Positions 1-12,959 of a stretch of 64,000 nt of DNA are shown piece by piece. The position numbers and the translations under genes are program-made. The stretch covers positions 404,900 to 468,899 of the forward strand of contig RHPI01000003.1 in the NCBI GenBank assembly GCA_009103225.1, given 5' to 3'. The notes under the pieces are model-generated. The model saw nothing but the letters and a program-made list of their open reading frames with translations, was not told the origin of the DNA and ran no database searches. The stretch comes from Chlorokybus atmophyticus (lineage: Eukaryota; Plantae; Mesostigma and Chlorokybus algae). Every line of letters starts with the position of its first letter. Within the stretch, counting starts at the first letter, position 1.

Positions 1-2366
1 CGCACAACGCGATTTATGGTGCCACCCGCTGCAGCAGGGTTGGTTCCACTTGAGCTCTGCTCCAGCGCATCAATGGAGCCGGCGGCGGCCATGCGCGAAG
101 CGTGGCGTGCACTGCCAGGCTGGGAATCACAGTCTTGCCGCTGGGGCAAGCTGACACCATTTTGCTCAGCCCATTCTTCAATGGAGTGTCGCAGCGCCAG
201 GTTTGGCAGCAACTCAAAGCTGTGCAGCTTCGCACCCTGTTGGAAGTATGATATGAGACCAAGGCCGCTAAGAATGAACATACAACCCATGGGTTGTATG
301 TGCATGCAACACAGCGCTTACCGTAATGGGGCAAGTAGTATTATTCTGCAGGAACCATGCTTGGGCACTGCGCCGGTCGCATGTCTGCAGCGTGTCTGTT
401 ATTATTACAGGGTCCACCATGATCTCCATTGTGATTGGGCACAGGAATGATCGAGGAGGCTCCGTGTTACGTTTGAAGGATGACAAGCCTGCAGCATACG
501 AGGTCAGTCTGCAGCCACAATCTCAGGCAGCTTGCACTTATAAACTATATGCGCCCAAACCTCCAGGAATGCTACTGGGAGACATGTACCTGATGGCATC
601 CTCTTCGGTGTCTTCGGATTTCTCTTCTTGACAGGTGTGCTCGCAGCGCTTGTGCTAGCGCCGTTATTGTCTTCAGCACCGCTAGCATCCATGTCATCGT
701 CATCATCTTGCATATCGCTGTCGGAGTCACTCGCTGCAGTGCTCAGAACATCTGCGGACGACTCGTCTTCGCGAGCTGGAAGCTTCTCGAGCGCTTTATT
801 ATCTTCGGCTGTCAGTTCACTGCGCCATATGATGTTGTGAGCATACTGCCAACTAGTCATGCTTTTCACTATGCTCTCAACAATAACGAACATCTATGTA
901 CCAGCCATCGTCGGCGCTGCGGACAATGGAGCTCTGCACTGTCATAGCTGTCGCCTTCGCCTTCCCCTTCCTGTAAGCTTGGATAGTGGTGGGAGATAGG
1001 GCACCATAACGGGTTTTCTTCTCATAGTCCTTTAGCATGCTGGAGATCTGCTTCATATACTCATCCTCCTGCAGCAATACAACATGGAGACTCAGCTATT
1101 GTCAACGCACACTGAGGCATACATTGCTTAACCAATCGGTCCAAAACTCCTGCCAGCACATCTTGTCACCAACCTGTGCCTCATTTTCTTCACGCAGTCT
1201 TGGCAGGTCCCGCTCAAGTCCAGCAACCTCGGTGCGCAGGTCGTCCTCCTCTGCTTGAGGAGCTTGCGCATCCTCAGCGCTGCGCGTCAACACTGCTTCG
1301 GATGACACTGCTGCAGACTGTGTGGCAATGCAGGCTGTGAGCTACTATGAACGGCAGCTGCTTGATGAGTGGTACTCGCGACAATGGTGTTGGTCAGGCG
1401 GCTTTACCTCGTGTGACTGAGGGCGGAGAAGCATTGCCCGCCTTTGGCTTGTTGCTACGCGTTCATCGTGCACAGCGAACTGCAGGCACAGCGACAGGTC
1501 AGCCACACAAGCCAATGAAAGTTTGGCTTCGAGACTACACGCGTGGAAGCACAGCACAGGCGATGAAATCAGTTTGTATGTCAGACCTGTGCGTCCCGCA
1601 GTTGTGAGCGCACGAGCTCAATCAGCTGCGCGGCGCCAGGGCTGAGGTTTAGCTCAGCCACAGGCAACAATGCCAAGGCACGATCAATCTCTGCTGCATG
1701 AGAACGCAGCCGCTGCGTGACCTGATATTTATAAAAGAGAAATGTTCAGCACACTGCTGCTTGCACTTACAATGCAATCATCTCATGCAATGGTAGCACA
1801 CCTTGCGCCCATGCAGCAACAAGTACATGCGCGACCCCTCAGCGCACTCTGCAATGGTGTCACGAGCCTGCAACGACAATCAGCTTGTCAGCTTGTGCAC
1901 TACCAATAAATTGAAATTCCCCCTTGCAGTGGAAGTTGCAAGCAGTGGCTAAAACTCTTGATTACCTGCTCAGCTGCACTCAGCAAGGCATCTAGAGCTG
2001 CACTCAAGCCTCGCGCGGACGTCCCGGTGCGCGGTGCTGATAGAAGCAACAGCAGCTCATGAAGAACAGGCCTCACCAAGCCAAGACGTAGAGCAAGTGA
2101 CGCGCAGGCTTCGCGGTGCGACCGTGCCTGCACGTGCAATGATAGTGAGACAATCTACAACACAGTTTCAACTCAACAACGCTTGCTTGCGTGCCAACAA
2201 GTTCCAACTGGACACGCTGTACATGGTCAAATTGCAATAGTGCAGAAGTCGGACAACCCACCTTGTTGACACCCTCCACAGCACCATCAAGAAGCTTGAT
2301 TGCAGCACGTACACGCTGCTGCTGGCTGGCGCCTGTCGGCGACAGAGCTGTGGGGCTGCTCGGCAT
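1..2366 (-). CDS. Plant U-box (PUB)-type E3 ligase: UND (HeLo/MLKL-like helical) domain + coiled coil + U-box; spliced, runs off the window start (3'-partial)
   Basis: GT-AG exons give ...HREACASLALRLGLVRPVLHELL..., ARDTIAECAEGSRMYLLLHGRK and VTQRLRSHAAEIDRALALLPVAELNLSPGAAQLIELVRSQL. These resemble the PUB13-type UND pattern (C..L.RRL.LL.PL.EE / GSKIYL / LEQAL..IPY..LDISDEV.EQVELV..Q). U-box PPRSFLCPITMEIMVDPVIITDTLQTCDRRSAQAWFLQNNTTCPIT|GAKLHSFELLPNLALRHSIEEW lies at ~190-480. ATG 2366 is inferred. Confidence 0.8.
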
Positions 2367-3829
2367 GGTTGGGTTGGGAAGGCACGCTGTGGTGGAGCCC
2401 GCTGTCCTTATTAGTCTTTATATTTGCGATCGCACAACCTAAGCAAAACCACGTAAGCTTCAGTCGGACTACAAGGCTTTGCTATGCTGATCGCTCAAGC
2501 AATATTGTGCGTTGCCCAAGCTTGCACAGGCATGTCCTGCATTTCAGTGCTGAAAACCAAGGCCTAGAACACTGTACCAACAAAGTGCATTATCAGAACG
2601 CAGTTCACAGGCCCGAGGACACTCCTACAGAGCAAATTACTCTGGCACTGCCTGCGTGTGTTTCGTTGCTAAAGTGCATTGGTCTAAATGCTGCGCACCT
2701 GCTGTTATTGCGTCATCCGTCAGACGTCTCCCCCTCGGAATACGCGCGATTTAGCTGTCAATCGCAAGCTGTAACACTGCAGTGTGAGAAACTCTTCTCG
2801 CCCCCTGTTTCGACGAGAACGAGGACGACACCACCGAGGCCACCGCCGCCGCCGCCGCTTTGCCACAGTCAACGCTGCCGCTCAATGCTTCAAGCTGCTG
2901 CCGCAGAGCGAGTGAGAGGAGTGTTCCCCAACACAACATCAAAGGCAACGACCGATGGCTACCGGTCAACAAGACTCCGTAACCGCAGCCACGCCGTTTT
3001 TACAGCAGCCAAATAACCACGTTCAAGCTCTCGTTCTGAGTGACAAGTCTCTCAAGCAAAGCAGTTTAGAAGGTATCTCCTGCTTGGCAGGTAACAGAAA
3101 TGTTGACAATTGTCATGTCGCTGATAGTAGCTAACTAAGGGTTCGTTGTTAACCGAGCCGGTTGACAATGCTACTTTTGCCCTGGCCGTTTTTCAGTTAC
3201 CAGTTACCGGCGCCAACGCTCGAAACCGGTCTGATCCACAGTGGACGCCCACCAAAACCCATAAAAAGTTTCAACAGACTCTTTGCCGCCAAAAACTGAT
3301 CGAAGCCGTCAATCCAAAATTCCTCCTCAGGCCGCCAAGACCGTCAGGCATGTCACCACATCACCGGCTCGAAGTGGAAAAGTGCCACGCGAGTCTCCGT
3401 TAATTAAGCAGCTAAGCTTGGCCTCGGTCGGACTCATGCAGTCAGGTAACGGCGATGACCGCGGCGCCAAGTGCGAATCGCCGCGCGGGGCAGGTCTATA
3501 CATCTGCCGCGGAATGCTGTCAGCTCTGACTGATCAGGCTTCCGGAGCTACTCTCGACATCTGGGATCTGACGGTCAGGAAGCGCTGCAGCCACACACAA
3601 AAGGAGAGACCTAATCTTAGTGACAGGCGGGAGACCGGTGCAGCCTCTGGATATTTGCGTGTGATGGACATTATCGCCCGGCCAGGATTAAGTCTAAATC
3701 GGTCCTGTTTGAAGCAGGCATGCTTACTGCGCTCAATTGAAGCGGCTTGGGCCTGCGAGCACCGGTTGCGTCTTGTGCAATGGCCGATGACTGTCCTCGG
3801 TGATGCTCGCTGTGACAAAGTACGGTAAA

Positions 3830-6800
3830 GATCACCTTGTCAACGAGATAGCCTGACATTTGCAGACCAGGTGGCAAGTTGATCAACAATGTACAAATGG
3901 TTGAGCACAATTGTAATTGTTCAAAGTTTGGGCATCCATTATTATATATTTATCTAACAGGCTATGCAGCTGGAAGATGTAGGTGTGTTACACCCATACT
4001 TATGCAGCTATGAACATGATGCATCACAGTTGCATGTGTGAGGTGGTAGATATGTAATGTTGCAAAAGTTTATTGATGCATGCATATTGCTTCATAATGC
4101 TTATAACTCATAACTTCAAGAATGCGGCTTATATATTAAGCGGCTTATATATTAAGATTGATGAATCAACGTATACTTTGACTTGTGCGCAACATTAAGT
4201 GGCCAATGTGTTGTTGTAACCTTCCAATGTAGTATATGAGTCAACGATTATATAAACTTACCTTCAAAGATGATCACGTCACGTCCGAAGGCCTGGCTTA
4301 ACTCACCTTTAGTTTCTTGCTTATATGGTAGGAAAAAAGGACAAAGTGAGGATCCTGTATGTGTGTGTAGCACTTGGCATATGTGCTCATGAAGTCGATT
4401 CTTATGAACTAAGTGTACGAGACATAGTAGCTACACATGTAATGTCTACGAGTATGTAAATAACGATTCAGTGTAAAGCGCAGAGTTGCTAAAACAGCAT
4501 ACGTGCTGTATATGTTCATATGCTGGAGGATGAATAAGGTCAGCATTGGCGGTGAGGCCTTGTTGGTCTCGGCCATCTGATGTGTCAGGTTGGAGAGCAG
4601 CGGGTAGTATAAGGCATGGCTACCACCTTGTGGTGTTAAAGAGTTGTTGGCCTTGCAAGACCACTTGTGTGTGGGGTGCCTGGCTAAAGCTGTTGAAGGG
4701 TGCCTCTCCCCATCTACTCCCTTGTGGGTTGTTGCATGTTGCAAGGTATGTTGTAAAGTTCAGCTGCTTGTGCAGAAAGTGTTCGAACCTCATCAGCAGG
4801 TAAGTCACTTACATTTTATCTGTCACGTTGACCTCTCACATAGAGGTCAACGTGACAGATCGCATGTTTACCATTTTCCTTCATATCAATAGTACTCATT
4901 TTATTGTAATTGGCAATTGCCAATTGTAATCATTGCAATGAGCAATTGATGGTAATACATATACGTACGTTACATGTTACTGTACCAACATCATCGATAG
5001 GGTACCGATCATGCCAAAGAGACATGTAAATGGATTAAACCATCACCGGTAGATATGGGTTTCGGTAAGTCTGGCTGGATCCCTAACTTAATTAACTACA
5101 GATCCAGGAGAAGCTTAAAATGTTTATGGCGAGATCCCTAATTATGTTTATACTTGTCACAAGTGGTTATCGACCAATCGCATCAAATTGTACCAAATCG
5201 CTAACAAAGTTGGGGAGCGAGTTGTCACGATTTTCAACAAGTATAGTCGGGATAAAGATCTGTACGAATGTGCATTAAAATGTAGACCAACTCCCGTCAT
5301 TACGTGTCTCCCTCTTTGACGCCGTTGGGGACATGGCAATTACATTTCTGATGCATTAAGGTTGGAAAACAACCGCTACGAATCACTATAGCGATCGTGG
5401 TTGGTTCGGTTAATGAGGCATGGTTTCAGCCGTCACAATATTGTAATGTCGATCGCTACACCGTAATGATACGACTGCCTATATATGTGCAACCTGATCA
5501 TCAGTGTATCGCCAGTTCAAGAACCTGCAAGCCTACTTAGCACTTACTTTAATGGTAATCACGCAGCACACTGTGACCAATCCATCAAGTTTATGCAGCT
5601 TGCCGGTAGATGACACATGGAGTTTATGGCAACAGCCTGCCTTACAAGTAACGCTGTGGTTGGATGCTTGGAGCCGCTAAGCGAGGTTCAAGACCCCACG
5701 TCACCAGCACATCACAACTTAGGTTAAAACACCTACCGATGCCTAGTTGATTATCTAGCTATTTATTATTATGTGCAATTATTGGTGTAAAAGTTGTATG
5801 CAGGTCTACATATAGATACCTTGTGTCTAGGTACAAGGACATGTTTTGATCATATTATGCTGATATTAATGTATACCGGTATGTGCTGTTGATGCATGTT
5901 GCGTGCCATATGCATTGCATAAGCATGCATCTGGCCATACATGTGGCATTCAAGCATTGCAGCACGTGAGACTATTGAGGCAGCTGCCATAAAACTTATG
6001 GATATATATGTTATAACCATCTTGCTGCTTGTCTCGTGTTGTCGTAGTGTAGTTGGTCAGTGCCCAGGTCGTAGGTTGTCGTTTGCTGATCCGACAGGTT
6101 TGTTTGTGCTGGTTTATTATTTAGCGATGGCGTCGCGAACCCCTTTGCATTGCGATTGTTTGGTTTTTTGCCGCGAACAGTGGCCATAACATATTTGGTT
6201 AAGTCAATGCATTCAATCACATCCTCTTGATACATAATCTAACAAAAAATGAACACAGGATGTGGCCATTATTGTTAAGTTCAAGAAAAGACGGATACCG
6301 AACTCAATGCACATCAACCACTTGATCTTAATGGCAGCTGCATACAAAACCAAGTTGTCGCTGCAGCGGGAAAAAGTGCAAAAATCGATACGTTGCTTAC
6401 ATGTAGACAGCTAACTTAGTTATAGCTGAATCTCCATCCAAATTGTGGGCAAGGCTGAACTATTGGGGGGTCCATTTCTACCGGTGCATGATTGTATGAA
6501 ATCGAATATGATGTAAGTATGCATGTAGCTTGTGATGATGTTAACATAGTCGTTGCTTATGCAGGAATGGGTAAATTGGCATACGCACGCAACCACTAAG
6601 CAAGTTTTATTAAATGTTAGTTATAGCATGATTGCGTTAACGGAATGTATCAATTTCTTCAAACCAGCTCAATCAAATTCGACGTGTACCCAATACAGCT
6701 TTATGTAATGTCCACCCTGTGTGTGTAACGAGTGAGATTATAGGTCCACCGCTGTTGCACTACTGTAGTTGCTTATATTACAAGCGACAGTAGTGACGGT

Positions 6801-7200
6801 TCACGCTATATAGATTAAATTTGCTTGAACTGTATTAATTAAATGGCAAGATGGATGTTTACATAAAGAGTTGCTGTAATTACGAGCGCACAATCTATAC
6901 AAGTTTGTTGCAATAGACACATGCTTCCGCCGTGAAAACATGATGAGGCTGGGAGCGTGGGGCGGGCGGCATATAGCTTGGGCGGCAGAGCATGCGGCAC
7001 ATGACTGACTCTTGCCGTTTGTTTCGTCCTTCCTCTGCGCCACTACCGCTTCTCACCTTCGCATATTGCCTGTGCTGCACAGGTTGGTTAAATCGTAGAT
7101 TGTTCGCTGTTGCCTCCTGCTGCACGACACTTGCATCGCATTGCACATCGCATTGCACAAGGCACTTAATGTGTTGTAGGATAGGTGGTGAAGGCCCTGG
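3830..7200 (-). mobile_element. AT-rich decayed element, probably a transposon relic, with broken coding fragments including a possible Ulp1/C48 peptidase remnant
   Basis: Composition shifts to AT-rich and no intact long ORF is present. Minus-strand fragments read ILTLSFFPTIYKQETKGELSQAFGRDVIIFEGKFI*SLTHILHW (4354-4224), AQTLNNYNCAQPF (~3935-3897) and exon-like pieces at 4490-4800 and 6011-6235. A 16-bp tandem duplication sits at 4125-4156. Termini were not found. Confidence 0.4.
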
Positions 7201-7711
7201 GTTTGATAATTCTATGGGTGGTTTATTCTTGTGTGTTTACTACTTGCACAAGAGCATGTTTGTGGGATGACCATGAAGCATACCCTATGCTTGCCTTGCA
7301 AATGTACAGGATAAACAAAGCAGTGGTGCATGCATGCAAGTGTGTATACTCTTGCGCGCAGGATGTGTAGGATAGAACGAAGGAGCCATGTATTTTGGCA
7401 AAAGTACAAGAGCGCCAGCAATAAACAACCAACAATCAAGTTCACATAAGCACGTCGCAAGCAAGACCACCACAAAGCTAGCTTAAACTAGGGAGGTTGG
7501 ACCTATGCATGCAAGAGTCTTGATACACGCAAGTGTATAAAGAACCAAGGGCTGCTGTTAGCATGCAAATGGCTAATTGCATGGCACGTGGTAGGCAATA
7601 TGCCGTGCCTTACAGGCATGCTCGTATTTGCTTCTTTGCGAGATGGCATTGTTTAATGTTTTAGCCACACACCAATTGGGGGGTGTGGGTGTGGGTGTGT
7701 GTGGGGAGGGN

Positions 7712-7786
7712 TGTGTGTGGTCTTCACTTGCCTCCCGCCTCTGTCCGCCTTAGACTCCGCCCTTTGCCGCCCAATTGGCCTGGTCT
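7712..7786 (+). repeat. 75-bp exact copy of 12849-12923
   Basis: TGTGTGTGGTCTTCACTTGCCTCCCGCC...CCAATTGGCCTGGTCT is identical at both sites. This copy has an N at 7711 on its left and a poly-G run on its right. Confidence 0.9.
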
Positions 7787-7813
7787 GGGGGGGGGGGGAC
7801 CGTGCTATTATTA

Positions 7814-8620
7814 GGGTAAAACGCCCTAATTTCGGAGGTTACCCTACCTTCCGACAGGGGTACTTGGGGTGAGCTGGACGGCGCATGCAACGTCCGCTTA
7901 TAATGAAATTTATAGAGACAATAGAGCTCATTAGCAGCTATTCAACAAACAAAAACCGGCTTCAACGACCATATGCTGCGTGAGTACTATATTATTAAAT
8001 ATACGTCAACTTTTACCATTTGTAGCCCTAATTTGTACAACTCTTAGTTTGGTAGTAACTTTTACAATTCTTCACCAACTTGGGTGGCATTGAGCGCTAC
8101 GCAATGCTCGATTTAAATATTTACAAAAGTAAGTTCGGAGCAAGTTTCACATTATTCGCAGCAATACACCCAAAGTTATTCTGCTTCAAGTTATTTTCTC
8201 TTTAAGTACCCTTGCACAGGGTTATGAGCACCACGATGGTATGATCGTTATGTCACGGCGGGGCCGTCCAAAAGGTTGGTAGCAATTATATCAGTAATGT
8301 ATAAGGCCACCACTGGTGTTAACCACAAAGAACTATCCATTTACCCTAGGAAAGCTTTCAAATAGCTTAGAAAGCTATGAGGTACTTCCGAAATTAGGGT
8401 CAACTCCGTTTTTGCAGAAACCCCCAAACCGCCCTACTTTGACGATCCGCCGACGGCGCGTCACTTGTCTAAAAATAAAAATAAAAATAAAAATACCGAT
8501 GTGTACATACCTCAACTTCAAGAAACATATATACATATAAACACAGCCGCCGAATAAGCAACGTAGAAAAAGTTATTAGCTTAAAACTTAAAGACCCTCC
8601 GAAGTTAGGGCGTTTTACCC
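7814..8620. mobile_element. MITE / non-autonomous TIR DNA transposon (807 bp)
   Basis: The left end GGGTAAAACGCCCTAATTTCGGAGG (7814-7838) matches the reverse complement of 8596-8620 at 24/25. TA flanks both ends (7812-7813, 8621-8622). The interior is AT-rich and non-coding, with a TIR-like internal segment (CCGAAATTAGGG, ~8388-8399). Confidence 0.85.
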
Positions 8621-8871
8621 TATACAACCAAATCCATGGTGAACAAGGCCTCCATGGCGCCAATAATGCCAACTTGCTTGTCGGTGGTGTTATTTGCAAC
8701 GGCATCTGCACATGTGGTTACATTGACAGCTCATGCGCGCCTTGATGGCCGCATGCCTTTATTGCGGCCCCACAAGTTCTACTTCCACTTGCAGCGAATC
8801 AATCGGTCACAAATGTCCGTATGCACAAGTCAAGAACCCCATCCAATGTGGGGGCATTGACTAACACTCTC

Positions 8872-11800
8872 TCAGTTCAGCACGGACGAGAGGCTCACGA
8901 GGCTTGCTGCTCCCCCGCACACAAGCTGCGCCTCCGCCAACACAACCGAAGCTTGCCTGTACAGAACCTGCACACGAACACAGTATGACGAGTCGCAACT
9001 ACCACTTCAATAATGCGTAACTCAGAAGGACACTTTGGCAATATGCTCACCTCTAAGGGAGCTGCCGCGTGCTTGCCTTGTTGCTCTGTGGCAACAACAC
9101 GCTCATCAGTTAGGAAGTAAACACACACGTATTCAACTTCAATCAAGGGCATACATGACAAGAAAAGCTGGCCTTTTATCAACTCACTTAGCAGCGCGCT
9201 GTTTAAAGATGCGGCCACTTGCGCTCTTCGTGCCGGTTCCATCAAATAACCCATTGGACTTGTAGACGGGTCGCGATATGCTAACAGTGAGAACACATCC
9301 TAATGTCGACACAACACATAGATTAATCAACAACTTCTGTAACCTCATGCCTGACAGTATCACGTTGCTGCACTTGCATAGGCAATTCAATTGTCACACG
9401 CCAACCATGTGATATTGTATTGTACCTGTAGCATGTTTTGCCTGTCTGGAGAACTGGCGTCAGCTGCTGTGATGAGTTCTGTCCGCCCATACGACATTGT
9501 GGCCTCATCATCTCCTATCCGCACCTGTGATACAACCACAACACAACAACCTCACCATCAGGTGTGCTTGGTGCATGCAAGCTTGTACATGATACAGCGT
9601 AACAGGCTGGGCCGGGGATGTAACAACTATGTGATGTGAATGTGCCCCTGACCCACTTACCATCTCAATGAACTTTTGGCACCTCATCTCAAAAGCCAAC
9701 GCCGGGTTGGCCTCAAACACCTGCTTACGCAATGCCAACACGTTGTGCAAATACTCAATGAATAGGGGACAAGTAACACATATATTACATCAACAATGGT
9801 TATGAGTTGAGCGAACGAGGGTGTTACTTGAGGTGCCGTTGACACGGAGAGCGACATGGCGTCGTCTATTCTACCATCCAACACTGCATCTGTGATAACT
9901 GAAGAGACAAAAACGAGACAATATCAGTAACCAATCCCCACCCAACACTACAAGCAGCAACATGTCATGTTGCTGCCTTGAGAGTTGTTTAACCGTATGC
10001 AGCTTTCCATGTTTCATGTTTTATGTCACCTTTGCGCTGCTGCATGCCGTTGATGTCGGCTTCGGGCAGCGTGCACGCGTCCGCGAGGCACTCTCGCGCG
10101 ACGGCGGTGGCGGTCTTGCAGTACCCGTGATGGCTCAGGTACGACACAATCTGCGGCCGATCAACGTCGCGTGTGATACACAATAGCTGTGGTTGTCTAT
10201 GTCTGTGCGTGCATAGCTGTCTGTGCGACTACGTGTAGACTGATGGGAATGGCGCGTGCATGCGGTGGCATGGACATGTGATATGTGCGCACATGTCCAG
10301 ACATGGGGTCTCGCGCACACACACACATGCGAAAATTGCACACGCATGAAAAAGCTGCTCACGCGTGCATGCACAGACACAACTGCACACATGCACATGG
10401 AGGCACACGCTTACCAACGTGTTGAGTAGGGCTTCCTGATTGGGCAGTTGTATTGCAGCTATCCGTTGCAGCACTTTCCTTTTCGCTTCCTTATGGTGTA
10501 CCAAAGATTAAACAATATTAATACAATAGTCTCATGCGGAGATGACGTACTAGCAACAATGACATGGAATGCATGCTCACCTTCTGATAACCGTCATAAT
10601 CAAATACAAACGGCTCCGCACCAAAGTTGGCTTCAATCTCTTCCCCTGTACATACACAAAAGCGAGTCCAAAAGCTAAGGTCAGGTGAGGCCATCATGCA
10701 TGCAACCAACACTCAATGCACAACATCGCATGATGCATAGCGCGTCACAACTCACCTGGAGCTCGCATACCCACAGTAGGATACAACACACCTGCAGGGA
10801 GTGCAAGTTTACCAGCTCAACAGGAGAGAGTACATGCCTACATACACACTTGGTCATGAACACACGTGAATGTGTGTTCATGACTATGTGTACATCACTA
10901 TGAACATACTTGAATGTGTGTTCACGTGTGTTCATGACTACACATGAACACACAATGATCAGACATCGCACTGCAACGCACCTTTCACGCTCGTGAAGGC
11001 CACGCCGAGATGAATGCCGTTCTTCGTGTACGAAATAGTCGACTCGATCTGCGCAAGATGATGTGGGGTTAGTTATTGGGATGTGTGTCTGATGTTTGTT
11101 ACACCCACATTGACAACGTCACCTGGTCGAATATGCAACCGATGACGTCTCCGGTCCCGAAAGTGGGCCCGTAAGCAACGCCCGTCCCACTGGAATGCAC
11201 ATAGTGAGACATGAGAGCACAACACACATTGTGGAAACAACATAACGGGCACATACACACATCATGTAAGACGCGCATGTGCAATGCAGCCAGTAGTACC
11301 TGCTGCTGAAAGCTTTGCCGTCGTCACCGTGATAACCGTACGACTGCTTTTCCCAACCTGCACGATATCCATAGTTTTGAGTGACAGAGCGAGCATTGAC
11401 AACTAACATGCGCGCACGTACATACATTCATACATGCGCATGCACACAAACGTGCATGCCAAGATTTAGCATAAGATCATGGTGAACAACCTGGCAATCG
11501 CTTTAGTGAGACGTTGCCCGCTGAGAGCCCGATGCCAATATACCTGCAGCAACACCACATCAAGACGACAGCGTTATAGGGACACCAGACTTTCAGCAAT
11601 ATGTTGGCTAACGTGCAATGCCATGATGTTGTTGTGTCCCCCCTACCCTTGATGGCCCTTGTTTACGATCTTGACTTCAAAGTAGAACGTCCCTGAAGTC
11701 TCGGGCACGGGATGGTTGGCTCTTACGGCCGCCGCATCCGAATCCCCGTTCTTCCCCTGACCTGGACACACGTTTTGTTGTTGTTTGTACGTGTACTTGT

Positions 11801-12730
11801 GCCGCGCATGCGCTCACGCTCACGCACACGCGCGCGCATGCACGCCCCCGCCCACATATGCGCGCACTCGCATGCACGCGTGCACGCACATTGCTCGGCT
11901 TCTTGATGGGACAAGTTGTGGTTCAGTGCTCATGCAATGCAAGCACGGCGGTGCACGCACGCGCAAGCACGCACCTTTGTATGCGACGCGGAGTGAGCCG
12001 TCGGATATGTCGAGGAGTCCGAGCGTGCGTATGTCGCGGTTGCTCCACGCCGTCGGAAGCGGGGGCTGAAGCAGCCTCTGCCCTGCTCACTCACTGTTTG
12101 TATGCGCATGTACGCGCGTGTGCGTGCACATGAGCACTTGCGTACGTGCGTACAGACCACCAGCGACAACCGCCACAATCACAGTGACATACATTTGTGG
12201 GAATGTGTGCTTGGCTGTCTCGTGATTTATTAGAGTACAAAGTGACCTGCAAGAGAGATGCGTACGCTTGTCTGCGTGCATCCGCGCGGTGGTGGTGGTG
12301 GTGGCGGCGTGGGGCCACTCGACGCAACATTTACGTAGGCCATGCAAGGGCATTACAAAAACCGAAATTACATGCATTGGCAACCTCATCTTCCCTCTCT
12401 CTCAAAGACATGATAAGAAAGCCCAGCCCTTCGTATCACAACAAACCTTTTTGCTTGCGTGGTTATGATGGTTGCAACAATACTGGCCGATCTACCGGTA
12501 TGCATGCGCATGCCATGGAACCAACACACACACACACAGGCGTACTCGGCAGCTGTGCCAGATCTACTCAAACCACAGCACAATCCCCTGTGCCATGCCA
12601 TTCAGATCTTCCACTTGCAACTTTCTGACGTGTAATTGAGCTGCTCAAAGCTGCTGAGTTGCAAGTGATCAGGCATCAACCAAAGTTGCTGACCTGATGG
12701 TGACCTGCGTGCTGCGAGGGCGGCGGCCAT
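8872..12730 (-). CDS. RANBPM: RanBPM/RanBP9-10 (GID1/Vid30) CTLH-complex subunit: SPRY-LisH-CTLH-CRA
   Basis: SPRY exons: [93 protein letters not shown]. LisH: [18 protein letters not shown]: [17 protein letters not shown]: [35 protein letters not shown]. Stop TGA at 8872-8874; the first exon [13 protein letters not shown] is phase-compatible. Confidence 0.92.
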
Positions 12731-12848
12731 ATGTGCGTTCCTCCGCTGCCTCCTCTTGGCAGCGGCGGCGGCGAGCAGGACGGCAGCCACCACCAGCACA
12801 GCCAGGCGCTTTAGCGGCCCCAGATCTCCCTCTGTGTGTGCGTGTATG

Positions 12849-12923
12849 TGTGTGTGGTCTTCACTTGCCTCCCGCCTCTGTCCGCCTTAGACTCCGCCCT
12901 TTGCCGCCCAATTGGCCTGGTCT
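12849..12923 (+). repeat. 75-bp segment upstream of the RanBPM start, duplicated at 7712-7786
   Basis: Direct string identity. It follows a TG-rich tract and contains four CCGCC units. Confidence 0.9.
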
Positions 12924-12959
12924 TGGCCTGGTGGGCAATTGGTATGCGCATAGGCAGGG

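Noticed and set aside
3283-3828. 181-codon plus-strand ORF
   Set aside because: No recognisable domain or splice context, and overlapping antisense ORFs are of similar length.
4620-5339. Helitron-like words (LATCNNP; GVGLHFN...SLSRLYLL)
   Set aside because: Matches are very weak and in the wrong order (helicase-like upstream of Rep-like), and no Helitron termini were seen.
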